In this document: positions 13,396-26,276 of the stretch, piece after piece
How the letters are laid out: each line of letters opens with the position of its first letter
How positions within the stretch are numbered: position 1 is the first letter of the stretch
Origin: Octopus vulgaris
Lineage: Eukaryota
Direction: 5' to 3'
Length of the DNA stretch: 64,000 nucleotides
Assembly: GCA_951406725.2 (NCBI GenBank)
Contig: OX597814.1
Span: 173,972,001 to 174,036,000 of the forward strand
Notes under the pieces: model-generated
What the model was told of the DNA's origin: nothing
Databases searched by the model: none
Seen by the model: only the letters and a program-made list of their open reading frames with translations
Translations under genes and position numbers: made by a program

Positions 13396-14169
13396 CATTA
13401 TCATTCTACATTCATTTTTCATGCTACCAGGGGCTGAACAAGTTTGCTCTAGCACAGCTTGCCCCTTGTCAGCTCCTTCATGTGGTTCAGCATTCTGAAA
13501 TGAGAATTCACTACTACTTTTTCACACATTCTTTGCTGATAAATTGCTTCACATTGTGTGTGTGTGTGTTGCTTCAATAAAAGAGAAGTGTCCACAAAAT
13601 AGACAGGACTTACCTCCAAGATTGATAAGAAAAGAGGAAAATAGAACTCATGGGTTGCTGTCAAACTGCTTCAAACTCTATAAGTAACTCACCTGGAAGT
13701 TAAAAGCCAAAAGTGGCCCTACCAGCAAAGCATGCAGCCTTATCACATGGCCTTATTTATAACCTCTGCCATATCTTCTTGCAAATCACTCATTGAGATT
13801 CACTTTCACATGTACCCGTAACAAAAAGTGGCATTTTCAACAACCACATGAAGTCAAGACAAGGGCACATGAATATATGCACAATAACATGTGCATATGT
13901 ACTTATATGTATATGTAAGTGTGTGAGTATACACACACAATGAGCTTCTTTCAGGTTCTGTCTACAAATCCAATCATAAGGCTTTGGTCAACCCCAGGGC
14001 TATTGTAGAAGAAACCTGCTCAAGATGCTGCACAGTAGGACTGAACTTCAGGCCACATGATTGGGAAGCAAGTTTTTTAACCACACAGCCATGCCTTTGG
14101 GAGGTGATGAGGTATCAGGCCAGTGTGGTCAATTAGCTGAATTGTTAGTAGTGTCAAACAAGATACTTT

Positions 14170-14425
14170 CATCATCATCATCATTGCTTAGCATCCGCTT
14201 TCCATGCTAGCATTGGTTGGACGGTTCAACTGGGGTCTGGGAAGCCAGAAGGCTGCACCAGGCCCAGTCTGATCTGGCAATGTTTCTACGGCTGGATGCC
14301 CTTCCTAACACCAACCACTCCGTGAGTGTAGTGGGTGCTATTTACGTGCCACCAGCACAGGTGCCAGGCGAGGTTGGCAAGCGGCCACGATTGGATGGTG
14401 CTTTTTACGTGCCACCGGCACGAGA
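14170..14425 (-). mobile_element. RTE 3'-tail copy
   Basis: Same family. Confidence 0.85.
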
Positions 14426-14914
14426 TCCAATTATACCTATCACCAGCCTTACATTCTGTACTTCAGGAACTATCTAACAACGATTGCCTTCAATATCAGA
14501 AAGAGAAGTGCATAGATAGGAAAATCTCACTTTCATCAATAAAAATGAGTCAGTAGGACAAAAAAAAAAATGAAAAATATCAATATATCACTGGTATATA
14601 TTGAGTTAACTGGTGAGGTTTAAATGCAGAAGATTAATGCACCAAACAAAATACTGCAATGCTAGCTTGTTATCTTTCTATACCTTCTCATTCAGCATCA
14701 TCGTCATGATGATGATGATGATGATTATTATTAATGCTAAAATCATCACAACAGCAATCGCAGTGGTATCAACAATCACTTGACATGCTAGAAAACAGTA
14801 GTCAAGTCACACTGTTTTAAACAAGGAGGGACACATTGGATAATGTAGTAGTAGCTAGAAACCCTTAAAAAGCAATCACAGGACTGTTCAGTCAGGGGGT
14901 ACCTGAGGTTAATC

Positions 14915-15168
14915 CGGTGGCTGGTCTACTTCTTTGGGGCGGAGAGCTGGCAGAATCGTTAGCACGCCGGGGGAAATGCGTAGCCGTATTTCATCTGTCG
15001 TTACGTTGTGAGTTCATATTCCGCCGAGGACGGCTTTGCCTTTCATCCTTTCAGGGTCGATAAATTAAGTACCAGTTACGCACTGGGGTCGATGTAATCG
15101 ACTTAATACCTATGTCTGTCCTTGTTTGTCCCCTCTGTGTTTAGCCCCTTGTGGGTAATAAAGAAATA
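14915..15168 (+). mobile_element. tRNA-derived SINE family B (Nin/Deu-like central domain) with 17-bp TSD
   Basis: Head ggcggagagctggcagaatcgttag; central gcctttcatcctttcagggtcgataaattaagtaccag; TSD ggtacctgaggttaatc at 14898-14914 and 15169-15185. Confidence 0.9.
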
Positions 15169-15187
15169 GGTACCTGAGGTTAATCAA

Positions 15188-15462
15188 ACACTACTACACC
15201 ATGGTGACACCACCACCACCACTACTACTACTGACACCACAATTATGATTGTTACAGCTACCACTACTCTCACTATCACCACCACCACCACCACTACTAC
15301 TACTACTACTATTACTACTGCCATCCCCACCACCACAGCATTAGCACAAGTGTTATTACCACTATCTTTTTTTACTACTCTTACTACTACTACTACTACT
15401 TTCACCACCTGCACTACCACCACCCACACTGCCAAAACAACCACTACCACCACCACCACCAC
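15188..15462. repeat. Degenerate (ACC/ACT)n trinucleotide tract
   Basis: Seen directly. Confidence 0.95.
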
Positions 15463-16169
15463 TTGAATCAGTCTGTGTTGACTGATAATCCACCAGTTAG
15501 CAAGCTAGTAGGTGTTACTACCCCCAGCAGTGTGTGTGTATGTGTGTATGGTTTTCATTGTAAACACAGACACACATACACAGCATACACACACTGCACT
15601 TACGCACACACACAGCTTACACAAGTATCCCAACAGGCAGCATGCAGTATTAAGAAGCTGTTAGTATGATGAATAGTTAAGTTTTGATGCTGCTTTCATA
15701 AAGCCAGACTTTCATTCTTGCTCTATGACAGTTCTAATGTCAGGATTTTACCATTTCTGATGGCGGAGTCTAATACAAGTTCATTATTTGGAACAGGGCA
15801 AGTACTACAGGAAATTGATTCCATTCAGTTAATAACCTTCATTCAGTTTCTTCACCCACTGCTATCCTTGCTCCATCCCAACTACTTATTACATAGCACA
15901 AATCAGCTACTTATTACATACACAAGGGAACCTGGCTCTGTGATGTGGTTCTTCAATTCACACATCCTACTGTTTTAAATAAGAAAAAAACACTTTGAGT
16001 AATTTAGTTCCACGTATCCTTAAAAAAGAGGGTGTTTCCCCCTTTTTTAAGGCCACAGTATGAGCAGGGCTGTTTTAGGCTAAACTAGGCTAAACAACAA
16101 CTAACATATGTACTCCAGCTGATAGTTATGACCGCTGTGGTTGTGTTTGATGAGGTTCTATGTTGATCA

Positions 16170-16583
16170 TTGCTTATATTTAGCCCTGGGCCAGTCCTAA
16201 TGGAGCAGACCTATAGTCAAAAGCATTCCAACCATAATCATTATATCTTTTTATACATATCTGAGACTATGTTGCACTATCTAACATGTGTATACATTTT
16301 TCTTAAGCATTTAGGATTTTATTAGAGAGTGATTCAGCTGATATTTCTAACAGACTGGGTAGGTTGGCTGTTGTTGTTTAGTTCTAATTCAACTCTGACC
16401 AAGTAGACCTATATGATTGAAGATATTCCTCCCATGGCCATCCCAATTTTTTTTTTCTATGTACAAAGAATCCAGAACCACATCTTATGTATCCAATCTA
16501 ATCAATATGAAAGGTTATAAATCAAGGGAAATTTGGTTGCTATTTCTAGCAGCATGAGAGCAGGCACTGTTGTTGTTGTTGTG

Positions 16584-16615
<32 letters not shown>

Positions 16616-16985
16616 GGCGGCGGTGGTGGTAGCTGTTAATGTGTATTTTGGGTGGTCTTAATGGTGAAGTTGTATTGGTGGTTGTTGAGTGGTGGCTGTG
16701 CTTATGGTATGTTTATGTTGATGGTGAATGGTTGTAGTGGTAATAATGTGTCAGTGATGTGTAATAGTGCTAATAGCATTGTTACTGTTTAATCCTAAGC
16801 CAGCCATGACCATCCTGTCTGCTTTTCTTTTTTCCTTTTTTTTTCCTTATTTTCAGATACATGTTATATAGGCCTGCATTATCCAATATGATCACTTTTG
16901 AAATAGTAGAATATGATTTGAAGGAGATTTAGCTGCTACTTGTTGCTGATCAAAACAACCACATAGAAGACTCCTTCATTGGCTC
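16170..16985 (+). repeat. Copies of an old dispersed ~200-bp repeat family
   Basis: Motif order gagcagacctat..tcaaa..ttcca..gaccatc..tatctaggac..gatttgagggagatttggctgctatttctagcag. Also near 3060, 4130, 4580, 5520, 8910, 12660, 14780, 22045, 24290, 25060 and 33260. Confidence 0.7.
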
Positions 16986-17400
16986 AATGTTCACCATATG
17001 TGGTGGTGGTGGTGGTGGCAGTGGTGGTGATGATAGCAATGCTGTTATGATATTGATGGTGGTAGTATTGATAGTATGTTAATGGTGATGGTAGCATTAT
17101 TTGTGTATATATGTTGCTAATGTTGATGGTGATATGATGATAGTATGAACGTGATAATGATAGTAAAGGTGCAGTTGCAATTACAGTGGTAAGGGTAATG
17201 GTGGTATTTGTTGTTGTTGTTGTTGTTGTAGTAGTAGTAGTAGTAGTAGTAGTAGTATAGTTGTTTGTGGATAGCAACACAAAATTGTGTAATGTTGTTT
17301 GTGGATAGCAACACAAAATTGTGTTATGTTGTTTGTGGTGGTGGTGGTGGTAGTGTTGGTTACATTACTACAGGCTGTGGTGGTTGTAGTGATATGTGTG
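16566..17400. repeat. Degenerate (GTT/GGT/GAT/TAG)n tracts
   Basis: Seen directly; includes a ~36-bp duplication ttgtttgtggatagcaacacaaaattgtgt. Confidence 0.9.
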
Positions 17401-17589
17401 TGTAGTATTGCAAATGTACATATGCCAGCATGGTATGCTAGAAGTAGGAGTAACCACCCCAACATGTGGGGATGACTCAGTTTTACTGACATAGGCAGTC
17501 TTTGTTGATTGAAGTATACGGTAGGAATGAAGGTATTTATGTGGGTGCACATATGTAACTAATAATCTGTTCTATCTATATATATCTTC

Positions 17590-17625
17590 AGTGTATGTGT
17601 GTGTGTATATACATACATACATACA

Positions 17626-17709
<84 letters not shown>

Positions 17710-17908
17710 ATTGTCTATTTATATATGTGGCTGTGTCTGCAGATGGTTATATGGGCGGTATATATATATATATATATATATATATACGTGTGGAGGATGA
17801 CTGTGACTATTCAGAAACATATATGAGTTTGTGTATATTTACAAATGTGTGTGTATATATATATATGTGTGTGCGTATTTATATATGCATACATACATAT
17901 ACATACAC
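17590..17908. repeat. Compound (TG)/(TACA)/(TA) microsatellite
   Basis: Seen directly. Confidence 0.95.
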
Positions 17909-18691
17909 AGAGTTGTCTGAAAGTCACAAAGTATAAAAATGCAGTTGGTTCAACAGCCCAAAGTTCGCAATATGCAATCAGAGGAGCTCCCAAGGATAAC
18001 CAGTCTTAAACTCCTTTGTTATGACCTGGAAGGCTATGATAAATAAGAGGAGACTGTAAACTGAGCCCTGGTTAACTCCTACATGCATATTCATTGTTCT
18101 ATCCATTGCTGACTCTCACCTTACTGGACAAAACAAGTTGTGCTCAGACCATACCAGCTACCTAAAATCCAACATTGAATGAATAGATATACAGTCTGGG
18201 CAAATAAGAATTGGCTGTAGGAAATATATCGGTCAACCTAATGCAAATATGATAAAATAAAAGACTGACTGGCAATAGCAACAAATTATTAATAAAATAG
18301 TTATACAGAAGTAAGTATAAAAATTATATAAATTAAGTAGAAAACTAGAAAATCAGGAGAGCAAAATTTCATAGTAATTCTTCATAGATATTTATCTATC
18401 CAGAAAATTTGTATGCTAGCATCATAGGTACAAGAGAAGAGAATCTGCATAGAGCTTTGCAGAAGTTTATCTTGGATAGGTGGGTAAAAATCCTGGGAGT
18501 TACTACACAAGCCTCACAGGTAGTAGAGTGAAGAATGCAGGTAATCCTTTACAGCTGTTTCTGGGGTTTGGTGTTCAGTGGATGCAGTAATGTGCATTGT
18601 GCATGTATACATGCAGTAGATTGATGTTAGTGAATGTATATATATGAATTAACACCAGTTTAAATTATATGAATAGTTCACCCCAACTCCT

Positions 18692-18960
18692 GATGATGCA
18701 TTTCCAGCCACTGCTAACTAGGTCACTTAGGTAACATAAGCTATCAAAGGGTCTGAAGGGACCTTCTGACCGTTTGACAAAAATCATTTTTCTAATACTC
18801 TCACTGCTAATTACTCATGTACATCTGCTATGCACACCTGTCAGTCTGCCTGTGATCCTACTACACCTCTTATGCATCCATAGTTTACATTAAGTACACT
18901 CTGGGATTCCTGCATTTTCTGCATGTTGAGCCTAGTCACTTTTCAAATGGTGATACCCTT
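18692..18960 (-). mobile_element. Degenerate RTE LINE fragment (Cys-rich region downstream of RT)
   Basis: Minus strand reads CT*CKLWMHKRCSRITGRLT ... DSLCYLSDLVSSG. Confidence 0.65.
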
Positions 18961-19084
18961 CTGATTCTTCTTTCTTCTTAAACTTTTGTCTTAATGAGGT
19001 TCTAAATTTTGCTTCTATATTTGCAATTTCTTTCATTCATACACACACAACACACATTGGAAAAGTCATTCTGCCATTAGAAAA

Positions 19085-19469
19085 CTGGCATAAACGTTAG
19101 CACACCAGGCGAAATGCTTAGCAGTATTTCGTCTGCCGTTACGTTCTGAGTTCAAATTCCGCCAAGGTCGACTTTGCCCTTCATCCTTTTGCGGTCGATT
19201 AAATAAGTACCAGTTACGCACTGGGGTTGATATAATCGGCTTAATCCATTTGTCCCCTCTGTGTGTAGCCCCTTGTAGGCAGTAAAGAAATTGTTATTTT
19301 GTCTGCCGTTACATTCTGAGTTCAAATTCCGCCAAGGTCGACTTTGCCCTTCATCCTTTTGGGGTTGATTGAATAAGTACCATTTCCTCACTGGGGTCGA
19401 CTTAATTCCTTTGTCTGTCCTTGTTTGTCCCCTCTGTGTGTAGCCCCTTGTGGGCAGTAAAGAAATAGG
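19085..19469 (+). mobile_element. SINE family B, tandem partial dimer
   Basis: Body is repeated from about 19295. Confidence 0.85.
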
Positions 19470-20217
19470 AAGGATACTAGTTAATAGTTTATGCTGATCT
19501 GTCAAAAGCAATGAGTTTCTTGGTAATAAATATACAAGGATGGGTGTACTAAAAAGTACCTGGCTTTAAGGGTATTGCGAAAGGCCTGGTTGGAGGCTCA
19601 ATCTTCAGAGTTCTTTTCTCAGGGATTAAAAAACTGAAAGATGGCTGCAGTAAGTGTGTGAATCTGAAAGGAGAATATGTTGAATAAAATCAGAATTAAC
19701 TGATCCTCTTGTATTTTCTTTTACACAAAGCCAGGAACTTTTCAGCAATCCCTCACATATAAAAAAGAGTAGTAGCAAAGTTGAATTCAGAGTCTCAAGC
19801 AGCATATCATCATCATTTAACATCCTTCTTCCATGCTAGCATGAGTTGTACTGATCCAAACTGTCTAACAGCTAACAGGATCCAACAACCCAGAGGGCTT
19901 GTGTTGAGCTCTAACATCAACCACTTTACAGAATGTGAATGTCCAGAGTGTTTTTTTCATGACACTGGCACTAGTGAAGTCACCAAGTAATGGTGGTGGT
20001 GATGGGGGAGACAAGAGCAAACACACCCCTCAATTAAAGAGAGTTGTAGTAGAGAAGAGGTAACATTATCCCAGGTGGTGAGAAGCTAAAGTATGATAAA
20101 AGAACAGGTACCAGCTCTCTTGCTGCAAAGATGAAAAGATGAGGTGTCACATAGGAAGATGAATATAAAAGAGAATGTGTTGTTATGCACACACATACAT
20201 ATATATATATATATATT

Positions 20218-20617
20218 AGGAGTGGCTGTGTGGTAAGTAGTTCACTTACCAACCACATGGTTCTGGGTTCAGTCCCACTGCATGGCACTTTGGGCAAGTG
20301 TCTTCTACTCTAGCCTCGGGCCAACCAAAGCCTTGTGAGTGGATTTGGTAGATGGAAACTGAAAGAAGCCCATAATATATATGTATATGTATATATATAC
20401 GTGTGTGTGTATGTATGTTTGTGTGTCTGTGTTTGTCCCCCAACATCGCTTGACAACCAATACTGGTGTGTTTACGTCCCCGTAATTTAGCAGTTCGGCA
20501 AAAGAGACCGATAAAATAAGTACTAGGCTTACAAAGAATGAGTCCTGGGGTCGATTTGCACAACTAAAGGCGGTGCTCCAGCATGGCTACAGTCAAATGA
20601 CTGAAACAAGTAAAGGA
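20218..20617 (+). mobile_element. SINE family A
   Basis: Full-length homolog of 7691-8112. Confidence 0.9.
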
Positions 20618-20628
20618 GTATATGTATA

Positions 20629-20677
<49 letters not shown>

Positions 20678-20681
<4 letters not shown>

Positions 20682-20835
20682 AGAGTTTACGTAAAAAACA
20701 AAAGACAAAGACAGGTGGTGTACAAAACAAACAGATGTATTAGTATAACACTCAGGAATAGAAAAAGTCTTTTACGTTTCGACCCTACACACTTCTACAG
20801 AAAGGGACACAGAAAAAAACAAGGAGAGAAAAAAT
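20678..20835 (-). mobile_element. Short PLE-terminus-like repeat with variant hammerhead, beside a (TA)n tract
   Basis: Reverse-complement homolog of 56718-56876. Confidence 0.65.
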
Positions 20836-20879
20836 ATTTATATATATATGGGTTGGTTTAGTATAAACAAACACTTGTG

Positions 20880-21800
20880 ACATATAACTCATGCTGTCAT
20901 GTTTATACTTCTGGTTGGGGTGAGGAATGAGGAAGTGAATAAAATCCATAAATAAATCAATTTTGAAAATCTACTTTTGAAACAATGTCCTGTTTAGTAT
21001 CTGCCTTCCTAACACAGTAGTATAACCCCAATATAGCTCTATTAATAAGCATTCAATCAACAATTAACATCATGTAATCAGTATTGCTGTGGTGATAACA
21101 TATGATCAGTATTACTATACTGACTAATATTAAATAATTTTGTATACCATATATAAAGTCGAAGTCTCAGCCCTAAATGAACCTAGAAAGATTTACATAG
21201 GTAGTACCATTGACTTTAAAAGTAGATATAGGGTACATATAAACTCGTTCACTAACCATGAAACAAAAAAACTCAACTACACTAGGAACCTACGTCAATT
21301 GAGTAAAAATGAACAAAAAGAATTCAATATGAATTGGTCTATAAGAGAAGCCGCACCATATAATACAAACATGAAGAATTGCAATTTGTGCACGAAGGAG
21401 GCGATTCACGTAATCCGAGCCAACAAAAATAGTTTACTCAATATCTGATGTTATAATTACCTGTAGACACAAATATATTTCAATGTTTAAATTTTTCAAA
21501 AATAATTAAACTATAGGATTCTAATTTAGCCTTTCTTCATATTATGGACTCTTCTAAAACTTTATATTATATATATATCTATATATATACATTGTGTTTA
21601 AGTTTAATAATTTATGCCCGAAGATAATGGTCCAATCAAACATTTGATTTTAATTTAACCCACCATTTCTTTTAAAATTTTAACCTTGTGATTCTATTAA
21701 CTCTGATGAGAGAAATATAGAGTATTGCTATGGTTGGAGTTAGCTCACCCATAGCAACTTATATCTTTTCGAAATGGTTGTAAGACATTATACATAGATT
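20880..21800 (+). mobile_element. Penelope-like retroelement 3' fragment (GIY-YIG endonuclease remnant plus hammerhead-bearing terminus)
   Basis: ORF 21140-21448: IYKVEV..KIYIGST.DFKSRYRVHINSF..WSIREAAPY..KNCNLCTKEAIHVI..SLLN, the GIY-YIG/CxxC pattern of PLEs. Left boundary approximate. Confidence 0.85.
21699..21786 (+). ncRNA. Degenerate hammerhead motif with extended stem II, downstream of a PLE GIY-YIG fragment
   Basis: CTGATGA at 21703; about 60-nt hairpin (GAGAAATATA..TTGCTATGG..GAG TTAG CTC..CCATAGCAA..TATATCTTTTC); GAAA at 21771; then TGGTTG TA^AGAC. Stems I and III are decayed. Confidence 0.6.
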
Positions 21801-22395
21801 TTATATATGTTCCAGACTCAAAAGGCTTTGGTCAGTCTGGGGCTATAGTAGAAGACACTCATCCAAGGCGCTGTGCTGTGAGACTGAATCCAAGACTACA
21901 TAGTTAGGAAACAAGCTTCTTAACCACACAATCATACATTGATAAAAAAAAATGGGGGGGGGGGGCGTTGTCTAAAGTGGCAGTCAGAAAGAAATGAGAT
22001 GTAGTCACAGTGTCAGTTTAGTTTTAGTTAGAGCTTATTCTCATTGCTGTTGTTTAGCCCTGATTGAGCAAACATGATCAAAAGACTTCCAGTCCTGACC
22101 AGCTTGTCTTTTTGTTTTCTATCCAGTGTATATCTAGGACTATAACATCCAATGTTTCCTTTTTTAAAGAGTAGTGTGTAACTTAAAGGAAACTTAGCCA
22201 TGATTTACAGTTGGTCAAACAACCATGCAGAGATTTCCTCACCAGCTCATCTTTCAAGCCAGTAAAAAATTTTGGCTGGGTAACATTGTGAAAGCATTCA
22301 GATATAGGCAGAGGCTTGTATGTCAAAATATTTCCATTAGCAATTTTGGAAGAGGTGGAATTACTAGATAAGAGATCTGGCTGTAAAACAATTTA

Positions 22396-22622
22396 TCTTT
22401 TACTTGTTTCAGTCATTAGACTGTAGCCATGGTAGGCCACCGCCTTGAAGAATTTTTTTAGTCAAATAAATTGACTCCAGTATTTATTTTTTTGGTTAAG
22501 CCTGGTGCATATTCTTTTGCCCTTTTTTGCCAATCCGCTAAGTTACGATGACATGAACACACTCAAACTGGCTGTTAAGCAATAATGGGGGACAAACATA
22601 GACATAGATACACACACACACG

Positions 22623-22655
<33 letters not shown>

Positions 22656-22817
22656 AACAGGCTTCTTTCAGTTTCCATCTACCAAATCCACTCACAAGGC
22701 TTTGGTTGGTCCAAGGCTATAGTAGAAGACACTTGCCCAATGTGCCACATAGTGGGACTGAACCCAGAACTATTTGCTTGGGAAGCAAGCTTCCTACCAC
22801 ACAGCCACACCTGCACC
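22396..22817 (-). mobile_element. SINE family A
   Basis: Reverse-complement homolog. Confidence 0.85.
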
Positions 22818-23004
22818 TATTTCTCCATTAACCTAAATGAATGCTCAGTTTTTTTAAGAACCATTTGGCACAGTGATATTCAAATTCACAAATACCTGTC
22901 CCCATTCCTCCACCACAAAAAGAAAGTGGAATATTTGCATCCATATATAAATTGTTTCTTCATGATGACATGGAACAAATTTAAAAGCTTAAAAATCATT
23001 TTAA

Positions 23005-23610
23005 CCCTTTAGCATTTAATCTAGTCATATCCAGCTTAATATTCTCTTTGTTTTATGTTAAAATTGACCATATCCAACCTATCACACCTACCCGATAATG
23101 CTATTCTAAAAATATACAAGCATAGGTGCAGGAGTGGCTGTGTGGTAAGAAGCTTACTTCCCAATCATATGTTCCAGGTTCAGTTCCACTTCATGGCACC
23201 TTGGGCAAGTGTCTTCTGCTATAGCCTCAGGACAAACAAAGCCTTGTGAATGGATTTGATAGACAGAAAATGAATATATATTTATATATGTGTGTGTGTG
23301 TGTATGTATGTATTTATGTGTCTTTTCTTGTCTCCCCCCCCCCCACCATCGCTCGACAACCGACATTGATGTGCTTACATCCCTGTAACTTAGCGGTTCG
23401 GCAAAAGAGACTGATAGAATATGTCCTGAGGGTTGATTTGTTCAACTAAAAGGCAGTGCTCCAGCATGGCCACAGTCAAGTGATTGAAACAAGTAAAAGA
23501 ATAAAAGAATACCATTGAAACCTTGAAGCTACAAGATAATGTGTGATTAATTCAAAACAAGGTGAATAAATAAGCATTACATTTTACAAAGAAATCTGAA
23601 TGCTAAATGG
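23005..23610. mobile_element. piggyBac-type MITE family P2, split by a SINE-A
   Basis: TTAA|cccttt agcattta ... gaatgctaaatgg|TTAA. Confidence 0.75.
23124..23510 (+). mobile_element. SINE family A nested in a piggyBac-type MITE
   Basis: Interrupts the MITE at 23005-23610. Confidence 0.85.
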
Positions 23611-23822
23611 TTAATTTTAGTAAACATTGCAATTTGTCCAAACCCTTTTCAAATTCTCACAACCCCACTCTCTATGAGAAATACCAAGTTAGCATGTTAA
23701 TGAGGAAATGGTACATACTGCAATTATCCAGCATGCTGTGTACCCCTGTATCTTTTTACTTTGACAAGTCTCTAGCTCGGTTCAGCCTTGTAGAATATAT
23801 TCCTCTCTAGTTTGTTGTTTAA

Positions 23823-24050
23823 CCCTTTTGTTACCATATTTCTGTTGAAATGCTCTGTGTTTCTTTCAATTCATTTTTAAAATGAATTTTTAAAAGAAAT
23901 TTGTAAAATAACTTAGCTATCATTAAGCTAGTGTTAGGAACATAAATTGTGACTAAGGTCTGCTGGAAGATTTTAATTCAAAACTTGTGAAAAAAAGACA
24001 TTTGTATTACAGAGCCAGATGTGGTTTCAACCGGGTTGGTATCGAAAGAG
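23823..24050. mobile_element. piggyBac-type MITE P1 (opposite orientation), followed by a P2 remnant at about 24055-24280
   Basis: TTAA flanks; reverse-complement homolog of 3334-3544. Confidence 0.8.
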
Positions 24051-26011
24051 TTAATCCTCTAACATTCAGATTACTCAGTCAAACATAATGCTTATTTATT
24101 GAAATTGGTTTGAACTAATTATGCATTATCAAGTAGCTTTAAGATTTCAATGATGTTGATTATGTATTTCTAGAATGACATTGTACGGTAGGTGTGAGAA
24201 GCCAAATCTGGCCAACTTGAACATAAAACATGTAGAATAATGGGCTGGTAGAATAATGGGCTGGTTTAAATGCTGGAGACTTGGCTTATCATCAAAGATG
24301 TTCTAGCTGTGATCATCCCAGCTTTATTTTTCAGAAACAGTGCCCAGAATTGCATTAACCAATGTGACCTTCGTTGTTTTTTAATTTTTTTTGATTTTAG
24401 GATTTGGGGGAATGATTTGAGGAAGATATGGTTGCTATTTCTGCTATGTTGGGCAATTGCATAGAAAGCCTCTAACTGCCCCATGATTTTTCCTAGATCA
24501 CTCTACAATCTTATTCCTTTATAAGATGATGTTTACACTCTCATAAGCAATGCATAGATAGCAGTGATAATATTACATCAGATTTTACATAAGCTTTATT
24601 ATTTACTTACACTAGGACAGTTTGACACTTACATTTATTCACTGCAGGCAGAGCAAAGACTGTATGTCTGTGTTTGTGTGTGAGTGTTTATGTGTGTTCT
24701 GTTTTTCTCTTCCTCCTTCTCTCACTACCTTTCACTCTTCCTTTCTCTTTCTTTCCTCTCCTCTCTCTGCTTCCAGTTCTCTCCTCCTTTATCTGTCTTT
24801 TTTCCTCTTATCTCTCTATCTCATATCTTTTCTATGTTTCTCTCTTTTTCCTTTCTCTCTCTTCTCCCTTCTTCCTGGAGTTCTTTCTTAAAAAACAGTA
24901 GCAATTCAAAAGACATCAAAGGTCACAAGCTTGGTATCTTAGTTTTGTCTTCCTTGCAGTATTCAGTTGACTTGGGTCTTATAATAGTCTCACATTCATA
25001 TGTAAACACGTGACCAATACTTCCCACCATAAGAAACCACATTGTTCATGTTATTAGTATGAGGTCAGCCTTTGTTGAGCAGATATAAGACATTCCAGCT
25101 GTGACCATCTCATCTTAGTGTTTTTTCTAGCAATATATATAATCAAATGCATACTTCTTTTTTAAGACAACAGGACATTATTTGAAGGAGATTTGGCCAC
25201 TATTTCTTGTGAATTGAATAGTTGCAAGGCGAATCCATTATTGCTTCGACATTGTTATGACTTTTTAAAGACAGACATTATCACTTTCCTTTATCTCATT
25301 AGATTATTTTCATTATATCTAGTATTGTTACATTTATATTATCATTGATCACCTAGTTTTCTATCAAACATTGAGCAATTAACCTCATTGATTTATATTC
25401 CTATTCAGCTTTTATCTTCAGTTTTGTTTTGTATTTCATACATTTGTGAATGACATGTTTTACAAGTATAATATTAATTTAATACTGTGTGTGTGTGTAT
25501 GTTGGTACATGGTCAAATGGTTAGAGGTTTGGGCTCACAATCATAAAATTATGGGTCCTTGAGCATTTCTCCAGTCTACTCAGTTGAAAATCAGTACCAG
25601 CAGCAACAGCTAGGAGCTGACCTTACATCAACCTCTTGCATGTCTGTGTTTTTGAAGAGGCACAAATGTAAACACATACACACCCACCCACACACTCAAC
25701 AGGTTGTATAGTTTCTCTCTACCTGCCCAGGACTGTAGTATATATCACCATCATCATCATTTAATATCCACTTTCCTATGCTTACATGAGTCAGACGGAA
25801 TTTGTTCTGGCTGACCCAGACATATCCTTCCTGTCACCTACCTCATATATATATATGTGTGTATGTGTATCTTTGTGTTAGTCATTTCTCACTACTTAAC
25901 AACTAGTGTTAGTTTGTTTGCATCCCCATAACTTAGCAGATCAGAAAAGAAACCAACAGAATAAGTACCAGACTTTTAAAAAAGTGCTGGGGTTGATTTG
26001 TTTACCTAAGC

Positions 26012-26276
26012 CAGTGGTTCTCAACCGGGGTCCATACAGCCTTTGGGGGTCCATATAAGATTTTGTTGTTGAAATTTATCTGCAATAAATTGGTTATACT
26101 ACTACAATACACAAAATATTTTACTAATTATTTTTATACAATTACAATTCCTAATAATATTCAATTATTAAAATATAATAGGATTTTTTTAAATATTGAA
26201 TGGGTAGGAGGGCCTGTCCGAGTAAAATAGGAATCAAAGGGGTTCATAGGTAAAAAGAAATGGTTGTGAAACACTG
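26012..26276. mobile_element. hAT (Charlie-type) MITE inserted in a SINE-A
   Basis: cagtggttctcaacc ... ggttgtgaaacactg; imperfect ctaagc-containing TSD; SINE-A sequence resumes after it. Confidence 0.8.

Noticed and set aside
15184-17552. Poly-Thr/Val/Tyr/Gln ORFs resembling mucins
   Set aside because: Translations of trinucleotide microsatellites with no splice or homology support.
18428-18560. Possible phase-2 exon (TREENLHRALQKFILDR|gtgggt) and a GAAACAGCTGTA half-hammerhead on the minus strand
   Set aside because: No polypyrimidine acceptor, no EVI5 similarity, and no matching CTGANGA; probably a decayed PLE end.
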